From: Octopus vulgaris
Taxonomy: Eukaryota
NCBI GenBank assembly: GCA_951406725.2
Contig: OX597826.1
Location: forward strand, 30,008,001-30,072,000
DNA: 64,000 nt
Direction: 5' to 3'
Below, one piece after another: positions 12,239 through 25,164 of the stretch (position 1 is the stretch's first letter; each line of letters begins with the position of its first letter). Under the pieces are notes generated by a model, which saw only the letters and a list, made by a program, of their open reading frames with translations, was not told the origin of the DNA and made no database searches. A program made the position numbers and the translations under genes.

Positions 12239-13520
12239 CAGGGGTTGGTCAAAATAACGGTAACAACTTAAAATGTCAAACAAATTTATTTTAATATGGG
12301 GTAGGACCGCCTCTGGCCGTAATTACAGCTTGAATTGTACGTGGTATGGACTCGTGCAAGGTTTTAAGTGTTTCCAAAAGAATTTTTGTCCATTCTTCAG
12401 CTGAAACAGTCTCCAGTTCTTATAGTGATGATGGCGGAGGATATCGATTCCTTACTTGTGTTTCTAAAATGCACCACAAATGTTCAATACTATTGAGATC
12501 TGCGGACTGTGATGGCCAGATAACATGTTCAACTTCACTAGAATGTTCCTCGTGCCATTCAGTAACAACTTTAGCTGTGTGAATTGGTGCATTATCATCC
12601 TGAAAGATTGCGTTTCCCTCCGGAAACAGTTCTGCAACCATAGGATGAATTTTATCAGGTAAAATGCTCTTAAATATTCTTCACTATTAATTCTACCATA
12701 AAGGGAAAACATTTGGCCGGTGGATTTCCAATATATAGTCCCCCACCCCAGATCATCACAGATCCTCCTCCATATTTAACAGTTGGAAGAAGGCAGTCTG
12801 GATCAAATGCTTCTTTTGGCTGTCTCCACACGTTAATTCGGCCGGTGCTCGGAAATAAGGTAAAGGATGACCCGTCCGAGAAAATAACATTCTTCCACTG
12901 CTCTAGGGACTAATTCTGTAGGTTTTGCTCCATTCTAAATGTTTTGCAATGTTTGTATTTGAAAGTAGTGGTTTTCTGATTGCAGCTCTCATATGAAATC
13001 CGGCTTTGTGCAGCTCCCGGCAAATGCAAACAGTTTTTGAGGAAACTCGGTTCACGAAGTGGTCATTAAGCTCTGCAGTAATTTTGGGAGCTGTATTTTT
13101 GCGATCCTTTTTAACAATTCACATAAGAGCCCGACGCTCCCTATCTGAAAGTTTTGGTTTTCTTCCGGAGTTCTGTTTCGACAAGGAGGTTTGTCCATCT
13201 TTCTCATTGGCTGTCATTGCTGTCGAGGCAGTACTTCTTGATACACTAAATATTTCAGCGGCTTTCGTTACGCTAGCTCCTGCCATACGAACACCAGCAA
13301 TTTGACCTCTTTGAAAGTCCGATAGATCTGTCATATTAATGAATTTTAATTACCTTCTTCTGATGATATCTGAAAAGAAACAGCAATTTTAGCAAAACAT
13401 ATTAAGCAACACTAATATTAAATCAAAAAAACAAAACTAAACTAGCTTTTGTTGGTTATTTATATTTCAAAATTATGATGGTATGATGCTAGGTGTTTCC
13501 ATTATTTTGTCCAAACCCTG
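12239..13520 (-). mobile_element. Full-length Tc1 DNA transposon, decayed
   Basis: About 30-bp imperfect TIRs caggggttggtcaaaataacggtaacaact and aggtgtttccattattttgtccaaaccctg, with TA on both sides; inserted in (TA)n. Confidence 0.92.
12291..13334 (-). pseudogene. Tc1 (DD34E) transposase pseudogene
   Basis: MTDLSDFQRGQIAGVRMAGASVTKAAEIFSVSRST (HTH), GRKPKLSDR, FQDDNAPIH, WPSQSADLNSIEHLW and GGPTPY*. Interrupted by stops and frameshifts. Confidence 0.92.
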
Positions 13521-13565
<45 letters not shown>

Positions 13566-13759
13566 AGAGAGAGAATGAGAAAAAGAGAATCAAAGAGACA
13601 GAGAAGATAACTGATATTGATATATGTACAAATATGAATACGTGTGGGTGTATATATGCACATGCATTTATCTACATATACTTAAATAAATCGATATATA
13701 CATGCTAACATACATACACATAAACATACCAATCGTAACCAACCCAAGGATTTATCTTA

Positions 13760-15300
13760 TTTTTACTATACCTTTTCTAGTTTAACAACAAAGAATCTCT
13801 GTCAGAATGCCATTTCTGCCTTTTTGTGAGCCAAAATACAGTCATGCTATATACATTCTCTGTATATAGTCAGGCAATGTACTCTCCAGATTTCCCTAAT
13901 ATAAATGCTAATGAGTTCACTGCAAGTATAAGCAGCATCACAGGGATACTATATATACCTTTGGAATATATCTATGCGCTACTTAATCCTAATACAATCG
14001 CTTCTTGTATTTAATTTTAAGATGGTAGCTCAGCATGTGTTCTTGAATTTGGTCTCCAAACCTTTAAAAACTTCAAAAACTAGCATCCAAAGCTGAGGAA
14101 CAAACTCTCGAATACTTTTTATGAATCCAGGCAGATTGTAACCAATTTTCGCCAATGTTGTCGTATATCGCAGTTCTCTTGATTAAAAACTGTTCTGCAT
14201 ATCTTCCCTCAAACCTCTCTCCTCGCATATTCTTGTTTAGCTGTGATGATATCATTACTACCACAATAAAGCTTGAGGAAATAAGTTCAGGCAGGCTGCA
14301 TAGAACTTGTATATTGATATTGATTGGTTTTCCTTCCCCCTATAAATGAAAACGAGTGCTTTTCTTATATTTGATTCTGCTAATACCAGCCAGCTTGGTG
14401 TATTTATATCTCTATTGATAATTTACTGCCACAGATCGACAATCAGGTTTTATATCAGCAGGTGACAATTAAATTGCTTCTGGGTACTTTTTTTATCCTG
14501 AAGTTCTTTCACGGTCTTAAGAACTTCAGCAATGACGATGTATGCTTTCGGTAAAATATTTATTTCAGATTTCTTCTATCTATACTGTATTCCCGTAAAA
14601 CACCATTTCCTCACTCCAGATTTTCTATAGAATGAAACTATATCTTGCTGAGATGAAACCTCTACGATTTTATTCACTAAATCTCTCATGTCTCTGACGA
14701 ATGCTTATTGATTTCCAAGATGAAACTTCTTGATATTCCTTCAACTACTCTTTCCTGATAACCGATTAACTGATAGCTTTCAACTCCTGTCTAATAGTGA
14801 TGAATTTATATTGAAGTGTTACTTTATGCAATGTTCATTAAGTTTTTAATTTCTATTTTTATTAGAGAGAGAAGTGCGGCTTTTTATTTGTTAATATTTG
14901 ATGACTGCCGCGACATAACTGACAGTCTTCTGTAGACCAACCAGCAAATTGTTTTTACAGCCTTTTCCTACCAGGGAATGATAAAAACATTCCCTGGATA
15001 AAAAATACGGTACTCAGGACTCTCTTCATGTCATAAATCTGTAATGCAAAACGTTTGTATATCAGTAATTATACCAGCATTTGTGTTCTTTATTTGGATA
15101 ATATGCAATATTAGATCTGGCTTATTAACGACGTCAGAAAATTCCATGACAACAGCGTTATTAAATGCCTCTACCTAATACAGGAGCAATAATCCAGTCT
15201 AAGATTATTTAATCAGCCGTTGAAAACCAGACAGCTTGGACGTTTTCCATTGGATTAAAGTTGACTATATGAGGCAAAGAGTATCATGGCTGATACTCTT
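13760..15300 (-). mobile_element. Highly decayed non-LTR retrotransposon RT region (R4/R2-like)
   Basis: - strand fragments resemble IFQGD-LS-LL-LAVNSLAFILGKSGEY near 13870-13980. Many stops and uncertain boundaries. Confidence 0.4.
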
Positions 15301-15908
15301 TGTAGGAAGCAGCTTCCTACAAAGTATTCCTTAACTGACAGATATAAGATGTACCAGAGAAGGTCTACCACAACATAACATTAAGTGAAATACCTTCTGT
15401 TTAGTGGAAGGCCTTGCCTACATCCTGTCTGAAACGTTCACCGTGACAGTAAAATAGATAACCAAAGTAAACTTGAATCAACATCCGATATATTAATTCT
15501 CTCTATAAAAGGGTAGGTTCCTGCAATCAAGGAACGAGAAATAACAGCAGGAATAAGGATGATGGTAACACAAAAGGAAGTGACAGTCAGTATAGACTAT
15601 ATGGGGTAACGTCGAAAATGTGATCCATATCATATGTAGCTGTCTAAAATGGGCCTCACGAAACTATGTACCTATGAGGCTTCATGGCGTGGCCAAAATT
15701 CCATACAATGCAATCCGTAGAAAGAACCCTGAAGATAAAAACATAACAAGCTATTGTGAAGTGGAGGGAATATTCACCGATGTGATAAATGAATATTGGT
15801 TGAGTATTCCTACTACATTATTTGTAAGATATAGGAATAAATAAGTGCAAGCTTGGCTATATATGTATATGTGTGTGTGTGTGTGTGTGTGTGCGTGCGT
15901 GTGTGTGC

Positions 15909-15957
<49 letters not shown>

Positions 15958-15974
15958 CCTGCATGCGTGAGTCT

Positions 15975-16170
15975 CTTTGTACTTGTCCTCCCACCACTTG
16001 GCAACCGTTGTTCGTTTGCTTACGTCCCCGTAACATACCAGTCTGGTAAAAGAGATGGATAAAATTAATACCAGACTTCATTATTTTTTAAGCACTGCGC
16101 TCAATTTGTTCAGCTAAACCGTTCAAGGCATTACTCCAGTATGACCGCAGTCTTATGAGTGAAAGAAGCA
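15975..16170 (+). mobile_element. SINE family A 3' tail after (TG)n
   Basis: ccaccacttggcaaccg...tacgtccccgtaac...ctccagtatgaccgcagtc matches the family A tail. Confidence 0.65.
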
Positions 16171-16204
16171 ACAAAACAAAACAAAACAAAACAAAAAAAG
16201 ATTA

Positions 16205-16530
16205 AAGACCAGACATAATGGTTTGTAATGGACAGAAGAAAGGATGTACAGTTATAGAAATCGCTTGTCCGGAAGTCGTAATCGAAAGCTACAGATAAAA
16301 TTGAAAGCGAACGTCTATGGCGAACTAATGAGAAATTTGCATAAGCCTCGCTGAGTACAACTTCAGATCTTTAGTTGTGGTTAGTAGGGTGCTTTGTTAC
16401 ATAACTAACCGAGCGCAGGCTTCAAACGATGGGCATCACAAAAGCAGAAACGATACGTACGGGTAATTAAGACATAATTACAAGCCGCGAAGGAGAATAT
16501 GGTAAAATATGTAAAAGCGTTGTAGGAGTT
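16205..16530 (+). mobile_element. Restriction-like endonuclease (RLE) domain relic of a non-LTR retrotransposon
   Basis: Translates RPDIMVCNGQKKGCTVIEIACP...NVYGELMRNL, the RPD...IE-CP pattern of RLE-type elements. Confidence 0.6.
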
Positions 16531-16831
16531 TAGTCTATAGAAAAATACAGAGAGATATCTCTCCAGGCATACGTGCAAATACATAGATAGGTATAAATAA
16601 AAAAGCACACGTATGGACATAGATATGAAGATGTAGATGCATATACGTAAACATTTCTATATACATATACACATATGTATGGATATGTGCGCATATGTAT
16701 ACACTTGTATAGACACACATATTAATATACATGTACACTTGTATAGACACGCATGCGAATACATGAATGTGTGCACATTATAAACATACGTATACACACT
16801 TATAGACAAACATACAAACATACTGATATAA

Positions 16832-16906
<75 letters not shown>

Positions 16907-16977
16907 TGTGTGTGAGTATACATATATATATAGATGTATATATAAAAAAAATATACATACACATACATATATATATG

Positions 16978-17042
<65 letters not shown>

Positions 17043-17128
17043 AATCCAAACGGGAAACAAAAAAACAACAACAATGGAACAATTACAGTATTATTATTAA
17101 TAGGCGCTCAGGAAATGGAAGCAGGGAG

Positions 17129-17163
17129 GTATGACGTTTCGAGCGGAGCTCTTCGTCGGAAAC
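17129..17163 (-). ncRNA. Minimal type I hammerhead ribozyme motif at the PLE 3' end
   Basis: gttt-CCGACGA-A-GAGC-tcc-GCTC-GAAAC-GTC-atac. Perfect stem II and GUC triplet; U4 is changed to C in this copy. Confidence 0.7.
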
Positions 17164-17939
17164 ATAAAGAAGGAAGAGAGAGGAAAGAAAGATCCCGGAG
17201 CGGGCAACGGAGATAGAGAAAAAAACGACTGGTGTTAGGAGTAGCACATGGTGAAAGGCGGATGTTTACGATAACAAGAGCAAAGTGGGTTTTTAAAGGC
17301 AAAAGAGTGGAGACAAGGTTGGTAACGCAACAGATGTGTGTGTATGTGTGAGTGTGTGCGTGTGCGTGTGTGTATGTGTGTGTGTGAGGCGAGGTAAAAA
17401 AAAACAAAAAATATATGTATGTGTTAGTGTGTGCGTCTGTGTGTAGGCGTGTGAGGTAGGGCGAGACGGTGGTCAGCATAGCAGCAGCATAGCAGACAAA
17501 GGTCAGTAGTGAGAAAAGGGAGGAAGGAGGAAGGGAGGGAGGGGAAGGGGTGGGGGCGTATGTAGCGTGCCAGCGTGTGTTGAGTAGTAGTGTGTGTGTG
17601 TGTCCAGTGTCGTGGTAGTATTAGTGGCGAGTAGATTGAATGTGTGTAAGAGTAATGTATATGTTTAAGCAATGTGTGTATATGTGTGCGCGTGTGTGTA
17701 ACGAAAAAAAAAAAAAAAAAAGGGGGGGGGGGTTAGGAAAAAGACTCCAGCGGAGGGGAAGATGGAAGAGTGGTCCCGCGGAGACGGGCGTGGGAAAACC
17801 CAACGACAAGCGACATCCCAGGAACGGGCGGGAGGTCTCGTCGGGTCCAAGGGCGAGGTGCATGCGGCGCGCATGCGTGCGCGAACCGGCGCAAGCGCGT
17901 GTGTGCGCGCGCCTGCGAGTGTGCGCGTACGTATGTGTG

Positions 17940-19440
17940 TGTGTGGATGTGTGAGTGTGTCTGTGTGTATGTCTGGGTGGCAGTGTGTCCGATGAATGTA
18001 TGTGAGTATGTGTGTATATATGTGTGTGCATAGATGTATGTCCGTGTGTGTGTGTGTGTGTGTGTGTGTATGAGTGTGTATGTATGTACGTGTGGGTGTG
18101 GGGAAGTGTGTGTATGTGCATGTGTGTGCGCGAACATACAGGTGTGTGAGTGAGTGCGTGTGTGTGTATGTATGTGTGAGTGTGTATGTATGTGTGTGTA
18201 GGATGCATGTATGTGTATGGGTGTATGTATGCGTGTGTGTATGTATGTATGTGTACGTGCGTGTGTGTGTGTATGCGTGTAGGTGTGCGCGTGTGCATGC
18301 GTGCATGTATGTGCGTATGTGTGTGTGTGTGCATGTGTGTGGGTATATATGTGTGTGCGTATATGTGTGTGTATGTGCGTACATGTGTGTGTGTATGCAT
18401 GTGTGTGTGTAGGTGTGTAGGCGTGTGTGTATAGGTGTATGTATGTAAGTATGTATGGGTGTGTCCGTGTATGTGTGTATGTATGTGTGTGTATGTAGCT
18501 GTGTGGGCGTGTGTATATGTGTGTGTATGTAGGTGTGTGGGCGTGTGTATATAGGTGTATGTATGTATGTCTGGGTGTGTCCGTGCATGTTTGTGTGTGT
18601 GTGTGTATGCATGTGTATGTAGGTGTGTGTGTACGTGTGTAATGTATGTGTGTATGCGTGTGTATGCGTGCGTGTGTGTATGTAGGTGCGTGTGTATGTG
18701 TGTGGGAGTGTAGGTGTGTGTGTGCGTGTGCGTGTTTATGTTGGTGTGTGCGTATGTGAGTGTGAGTGTATGGGTGTTTGTCATGCATGTGTGTGCGCGT
18801 GCAGGTGAGTGTGTGTGTAAGTATGTGTGTGTGTATGTTTGTGTGAGTGTGTATGTGTGTATGTCTGTGTGTATGTATGTGCGTATAGGAGTATGTAGGT
18901 ATGTGTGTGTGTATGTATATGGGTGTATGTATATATGTGTGTGTGTGTGCATGTGTATAAGTATATGCGTGTGTGCGTATGTGTGTGTATGTGTATGTGT
19001 GTGTGTTTTTGTATGTGTGTATGTATGTGTGTAGGCGTGAGTGTGTAGATGTATGTATGTATGGGTGTGTGTCAGTGTGTGTTTGTGTGTGTGTGTAGGT
19101 AGATGTGTGTGTCTGAGTGAGGGTATGGCTGTGTAGGTGTGTGTGTGTATGAATGTAAGTGTGTGTGTATACAAGTGTAATGTATGTATGTAGGTGTGTG
19201 TGTGTGTGTATGTGTACGTGTGCGTGTGTATGTGTGTGTGTGTATGCGTGTGAGTGTGGGTGTATGGGTGTATGTCTGTGTGTGTGTATGTCTGAAGTGG
19301 GTATGTGTGTGTATGTATGTATGTGTGTGTGTGTGCGGGTATGTGTGTGTGTGTATGTGTGTGTGTGAGTAGGTGTGCGTGTATGTATGTGGGTAGGGAT
19401 GCATGCGAGTGTGTGGGTATGTATGCAAACATACGCATGC
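17940..19440. repeat. About 1.5-kb degenerate (TG/TATG)-rich low-complexity tract
   Basis: Directly visible; far more scrambled than the neighbouring pure microsatellites. Confidence 0.9.
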
Positions 19441-20049
19441 GCACATCCGAAGCAAGCCCACACACACGAAGCGCGCTCACGCACACAGCGCACAAGCAGT
19501 GCAACGCAAGCCCAAAGGGGCCGACCGAGTCCCCAGCGCGCGCCAAGGCGCGCGAGCGCAAAGGCCCTCGAACGCCCCGCTACGCGGGAACCGAGGATCC
19601 ATCAGCCCAAACCGGAAAGCAGAAAAGAGGGGGGGCTGCCTGGATGCAAAAAGGTGTATGTGTGTGTGCATTCAGTGTACGGGTGTGCATGTGTGGGTAT
19701 GTATGTATGTATGTGCCTACATGTATGTGTGCATGTATGTGTGTGTGAAGTATGTACGTGCGGTGTGTGTGTGTGTGAGTGTGTGTGTATGTATGTGCGT
19801 AGGTATGTGTGTGTGTATGTGTGTATGTATGTCTGTGTGTGTGTGTGTGTGTAAGTATGTATGCGTGTGTGTATGTATGTATGTGTGTGTGTAAGTGTGT
19901 GTGATTAAATGTGTGAATGTATGTACGCAGATGGGTCTACGTATGTGTGTGTGTGAACAGGCGTGTGGGAGGTAGGTGGGTGGGAGGTAGGTGGGTGGGT
20001 GTGTGTGGGTGGTGTGTCCGAAAAAAAAAAAAAAAAAAAAAAAACGGTC

Positions 20050-21291
20050 TCAAGAGGAGGGGGCTGTGTTAAGTCCGTGTGGGGTGGTAGTTTGTAGGGT
20101 GAAGATGTAGCGTTGCTCCAAGTGGAGCCTGGAAAGTGGGCGACCATTGTTGGGGGCGAGACCAAACACTGAGATGTCATCTCGGGAATGGCCGGCCGAG
20201 CGGAAGTGGCGTGCGACGGGAGAAAAAGAGTGTAGGCGAACGTCCCTCAAGTGTTCAGTGAAACGGTCGGACAACCGGCGTCCCGTCTGACCTACATACA
20301 GCATCCCGCATAGGTTGCATTTAATGCAGTAAATAAGGCCAGACGAGGTGCACGTAAAAGAGTGCCTAATGCGTACAGTATGCAGGTTGGAGCCGGTGAC
20401 AGCGGTGGTGTTGGTGATGAAGGGGCAAGTGTTGCAGCGGGATCTAGAGCAAGGGAATGATCCGTGTGGAGCTGAGGGGGAAGGAGAGAGGGTGCTGTGG
20501 ACCAGGAGGTCACGCAGATTGCGGGCTCGTTTGAAAGAGGACAGGGGTGGGTTAGGGAAAATGGGGCGGGTGGTGGGATCAAGCTGGAGGCGACGGAAGG
20601 CACGTAGTATCTTGCGACGAAGGGGTAGGGTAGAGGGGTGGAAAAGGAGGGGGAAGGGGGTGCGGTTGGGGGGTGGGCGGGGGGAAGGAGACAAGGCGGT
20701 AGTGCGGTCGATGCGACGGGCGCGGGTGAGGGCATCAGAGAGGAGTGTGGGTGGGTACCCTCGGAGTCTGAACATGCGGGCCAGGTATTGAGATTGGGTC
20801 TCGAAATCCTGGTCGCGGCTGCACAAACGTCGGAGGCGGAGGAACTGGGAGTAGGGGATGGCTCGTTTGGTGTGGAAGGGGTGGGAGGAAGAGAAGTTGA
20901 GATAGAGGTGGGAATCCGTAGGTTTAAAGAAGGCGGTGGTGGTGAGAGAGCTGGAGGGGTGATCGATGCGGAGAGAGATGTCAAGGAAGTTCACAGAGGT
21001 GTTGGAGATGGTGGAGGTGAATTGAAGAGAGGGGTGAAAGTTGGAAAGGAAAGAGATGAATTGGCCGAGAAGTTCACGGGAAAGGGAGGTGGCACCTACG
21101 CAGTCGTCGATATAGCGACCGTATAGTTCGGGGGTCGGCCCAGAGAACTGGGAGAACACTTGGGCCTCAATGTAGCCAAGAAAGAGATTGGCGAAATTGG
21201 GGCCCATCCTAGTTCCCATCGCGACCCCGGACACCTGTTGGTATGTGTCCCCGGCGAACGTGAAGCAATTGAGGGTGAGGACGAGCTCAGC
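20050..21291 (-). CDS. PLE reverse transcriptase (motifs B'-E, thumb) + Cys-rich linker + GIY-YIG endonuclease, N-terminally truncated
   Basis: YQQVSGVAMGTRMGPNFANLFLG, YGRYIDD, NFLDI, KPTDSHLYLNFSSSHP...IPYSQFLRLRRLCS, PCSRSRCNTCPFI and LIYCIKCNLCGMLYVGQTGRRLSDRFTEH...VARHF...EQRYI...PHGLN. About 410 codons without a stop. The upstream extension to 21477 in the ORF track is microsatellite read-through. Confidence 0.95.
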   Translation of the reverse strand, partial: AELVLTLNCFTFAGDTYQQVSGVAMGTRMGPNFANLFLGYIEAQVFSQFSGPTPELYGRYIDDCVGATSLSRELLGQFISFLSNFHPSLQFTSTISNTSVNFLDISLRIDHPSSSLTTTAFFKPTDSHLYLNFSSSHPFHTKRAIPYSQFLRLRRLCSRDQDFETQSQYLARMFRLRGYPPTLLSDALTRARRIDRTTALSPSPRPPPNRTPFPLLFHPSTLPLRRKILRAFRRLQLDPTTRPIFPNPPLSSFKRARNLRDLLVHSTLSPSPSAPHGSFPCSRSRCNTCPFITNTTAVTGSNLHTVRIRHSFTCTSSGLIYCIKCNLCGMLYVGQTGRRLSDRFTEHLRDVRLHSFSPVARHFRSAGHSRDDISVFGLAPNNGRPLSRLHLEQRYIFTLQTTTPHGLNTAPSS

Positions 21292-21304
21292 ATGTATATA
21301 TATA

Positions 21305-21335
<31 letters not shown>

Positions 21336-21721
21336 ACAAATATATAGATATTATATATTTATATACATAAGTTACGTATTCATTTATGCAATGGCATGTA
21401 TATTGCGTACATACATATGCATGTGTAGACACATAACTAGCTATGTGACTATTTGGTGAATGTTGTCTAATTTTCAATGAAAGAGCTTTGTTTTTTTTGT
21501 GATGGAAACCGGCTCTTTCTCTATTGGTTGAATTTGTTTTTTAATAAATCCTGAACATCTAGAAATATAGGAAAATCTATAAGCATTTATGTACATATTT
21601 AAATAGATCTACCTTCGGTTTCGACGATGAGCATGTCAGTTATTTGACAGCTTAACCGCCCATTTGTTTAAATGTAGCGTATGTGGCTGTATACTCCGCA
21701 GAAACATGTAACTTTACTGCA

Positions 21722-21960
21722 TAAGGCGGCGAGCTGGCAGAAATGTTAGCATGCCGGGCGAAATGCTTAGCGGTATTTCGTCTGCAGTTACATTCTGAGT
21801 TCAAATTCCGCTGAGGTTGATTTTGCCTTTCATCCTTTCGGGGTCGATAAATTAAGTACCAGTTACGCGCTGGAGTCGATGTAATTGATTTAATCCCTTT
21901 GTCTGTCCTTGCTTGTCCCCTCTATGTTTAGCCCCTTGTGGGCATTAAAGAAATAAGAAA
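21722..21960 (+). mobile_element. SINE family B, well-preserved full-length copy
   Basis: aaggcggcgagctggcagaaatgttagc (A-box-like)...gagttcaaattcc (B-box)...gcctttcatcctttcggggtcgataaattaagtaccag (Nin/Deu-like domain). Confidence 0.88.
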
Positions 21961-22184
21961 CGTAATTTTACTGCATTTTCAAGATAAAATGAGAGTGACA
22001 CACTGTGCTACAATGCAGTATCTTACAATCATGGGTGAGTGAGATATCATGCATTTCTCCGTCACAAATTTTCCGCACAATCTTCAACGTACACGAGATT
22101 CTTGAAAATAAAAATTGCGTTAGATGCCACGGACGGGTTCAGACAAAACACCTCATGATTGCAAAGCAAGGGTAAACTTTCATG

Positions 22185-22256
<72 letters not shown>

Positions 22257-23184
22257 TATGTATACTTTCACACGTGCACACGCATACATAGATACATATA
22301 AAGATAAAAAAACACACACACACACACTCACACACATATACATACGTACGCACATCCCATACAAATATATATATTTATGTCTATGTAGAAGTTTTATGCT
22401 TTGGTGCGTGTTATGATATTTATTACACACATAAATACAGTGACAGGCATACGCGCACACACATCACCCACACACGCGCGCGCTCATATATACACACATC
22501 CACTCACAGAAATATATTTACGAATATGTGTATATATATATATATATACATTTCAGCGTGTATTATAAATATCGCGTACATACATGCACATACACATATA
22601 CACATACATTCCCAAAAAGGCCTGATATAAATAAGAACGCTTACAGAAATAACAACATAACATTTAACAGACGTCATTATTCTCTGCTTGACATTGAATA
22701 CATCTAAATTTCTATACATTTTAACTGACGAAACAAATGTCATGAAAACAGTAACTTATATATAACACATGAAATAACAACTAATTGCAACTACTTCTTG
22801 TCAGCTGAGCTTATCAAAAAAAGATCAGCCTTTTACTTTACCTGGAACATACGTACGCATACATACGGCAAAAGCAATTGCATAGACACACACATAGTTA
22901 TAGGCACACACGTGTGCAGAGGCACACACAGACTTCCGCACAAACAAAGCGCAAACATTAATTCACTCTTTTTCTCTTCCTCTGTCTCAGTCGCTGTCTT
23001 TCTCTTTCACTCTTCCTCCTCCTCTCTCTCTTTCTCTCTTCCTTTCTCTCACTCTTTCTCTTTCTTTCTCACTTTCATTTTTTCCCCCAGACTCTCTCTC
23101 TCTCACTCTCTCTTTCTGATTTGTTTCTTTGTCCATTTTTCTGATTACCTTTTATCCGCTCCCCTTTTTTGCTCCACGAAGACC

Positions 23185-23355
23185 ACGACCATCACCATCA
23201 ACAACAACAGTAGGAGCAGCAGCAGCAGCACCACCACCACCATCACTACCACCACAACCATCATTACCACGACCATCACCACCACAACCATAATCATCAT
23301 CATCATCATCATCATCAGCATCATCATCATCATCATCGTTGTCGTCGTCGCAACC
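23185..23355. repeat. Compound (ACC/AAC/AGC/ATC)n trinucleotide tract
   Basis: Directly visible; explains the poly-T/I/M/V ORFs. Confidence 0.9.
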
Positions 23356-23668
23356 ATCCCATTTTTTCCTGTCCTCTCTTTGCATCTGGCTTTTTCCTCA
23401 GCCCCCACCTTTCCACATATCACACTTACACACAATATGTAGACTCAGTTACAGCTTTCTCTCTCTCTCTCTATTACTCTTCCCCCATATAAAAAATACA
23501 GAAATAAATAGAATAGAATATCAAACAAACAACACAGTTTTAAAACAGTGCCAACCAACCCGCGCAATGTGATTTTGGTATGTACATTCAAAAAATCATG
23601 TGCGTGTGTATGTGTGTGTGTAAGTGTGTGTGTGTGTGTGTGTGAGTCTGTATGTGTGTATAAACGTA

Positions 23669-23713
<45 letters not shown>

Positions 23714-23780
23714 GCAGATATATATGTATTTGAACGTGTGTGTAAATAAATGTATAAACACACAAATACATATATATGTC

Positions 23781-23822
<42 letters not shown>

Positions 23823-24202
23823 TGCATAGATACTTTACATTTATACATATATACATATATATATATATATAAATATGTGTGTGTGTGTATGTGTGTAAAA
23901 ATGTATTTACATACTCGTATACATACATATATATAAGAATGTATGTGTATATGTGTGTATGTAAACACACACGCGCACACACATACACACATATATGTTT
24001 TTACACTTGAACTTAGCAGTTCATCAATAGAGAACGATAGAATAAGTACCATACTTAGACATTAAGTCCTCGGGTCGATTTGTTCCACTGAAATCCGTCA
24101 AAGCGTCACCTCAGAATGGGGCCACAGTCTAATAACTGAAACACATAAACTATAATACACACACACACATATATATATACATACATACATACATACATAC
24201 AT

Positions 24203-24252
<50 letters not shown>

Positions 24253-25164
24253 AGAAAGAGAGAGATTATCATACATATATGTAATAATACATACATATAT
24301 TTGTAAGTGTGTGAGTTGGGGTACGTGCGCGATTTCTTGTCGTTAGGATGTGTCAAACAAAAATATCCTATAGTATTATAAAAAATGTAATTTATCTATG
24401 TATTAGGATCCATATGATTTCTGACGCCCTCGAAAATTGTGCACAAACATGACTACATTCTAATGTCTGAGATTAAAGCAAATAATTAATTTTTAACGTA
24501 GTTAAAATTCTTCAAATTTGGTTGATGTATGGTTCCCCGTACATGATAGATATTTTATTGGTCCCGGAATTATGAAAGTTGTAGTTGAAATTCGAACTCA
24601 TATCGTGGAAAGCACGACGGAAGCTTGCATAGTATTTCATTCACGACCTTACGATTCGGCCACCTACCGACCTAGACCTGCAAAATAATGAAAAGAATAT
24701 CAAACATGACATATACAGACTAACACTACTTGAGACGCTGTAAGTAGTCTTGAAAACATGCTTTTACATTTTTGTGAAATTTAAGCGGTGTCTAATTGTC
24801 TACATTTACATCACATATTCACATATTCATAGCATTAATTCTGATATTTTGGCTCTTGTTTCATCTATATCGCTGCAAGCATTAATATTTCCTTCGCACG
24901 TCTTCTTTACATTCATGTGAACACATATACAAAATGTACTGCATATATTATCACTTTCCTCATAAATATTAATAGGTATTCTGCTAATCATTAAAATATC
25001 TGCATGTAGATTTGCAATATTTTCTAAAATCACTTCTATAAATACGTTTAATATGAAATAAAACTCCACTAACTTCTTTGATTTTGTAGCAATAAATTCG
25101 ACCCTTCCCCTTACTAGATGATTCCCACATTCGCGACGTTCCTTTTTAGCTTCTTACTTTTTTT

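Larger units (their letters stand above)
17037..21291 (-). mobile_element. 5'-truncated Penelope-like retroelement (Neptune-like) with an approximately 3-kb CA-rich 3' region ending in an HHR-bearing pLTR, inserted in (TA)n
   Basis: RT/GIY-YIG ORF, then T-tracts, degenerate (CA/TACA)n with GC-rich islands, an HHR at 17129-17163 and the terminus gtttggattaaaatt|(TA)n. (TA)n also lies at the 5' junction. That the whole interval is a single element is inferred. Confidence 0.75.

Noticed and set aside
17621-19561. 646-aa and 586-aa His/Thr-rich ORFs
   Set aside because: These are translations of a degenerate (CA)n tract that lacks stops by composition. All three frames give similar HT/TH peptides.
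20292-21126. Overlapping alternative-frame and antisense ORFs (230, 147 and 162 aa)
   Set aside because: Shadow ORFs of the GC-rich PLE coding sequence.
21292-21477. N-terminal extension of the 475-aa ORF as a true start
   Set aside because: It reads through (TA)n (YIYIYI). RT motifs 1, 2 and A are absent, so the element is 5'-truncated at about 21291.
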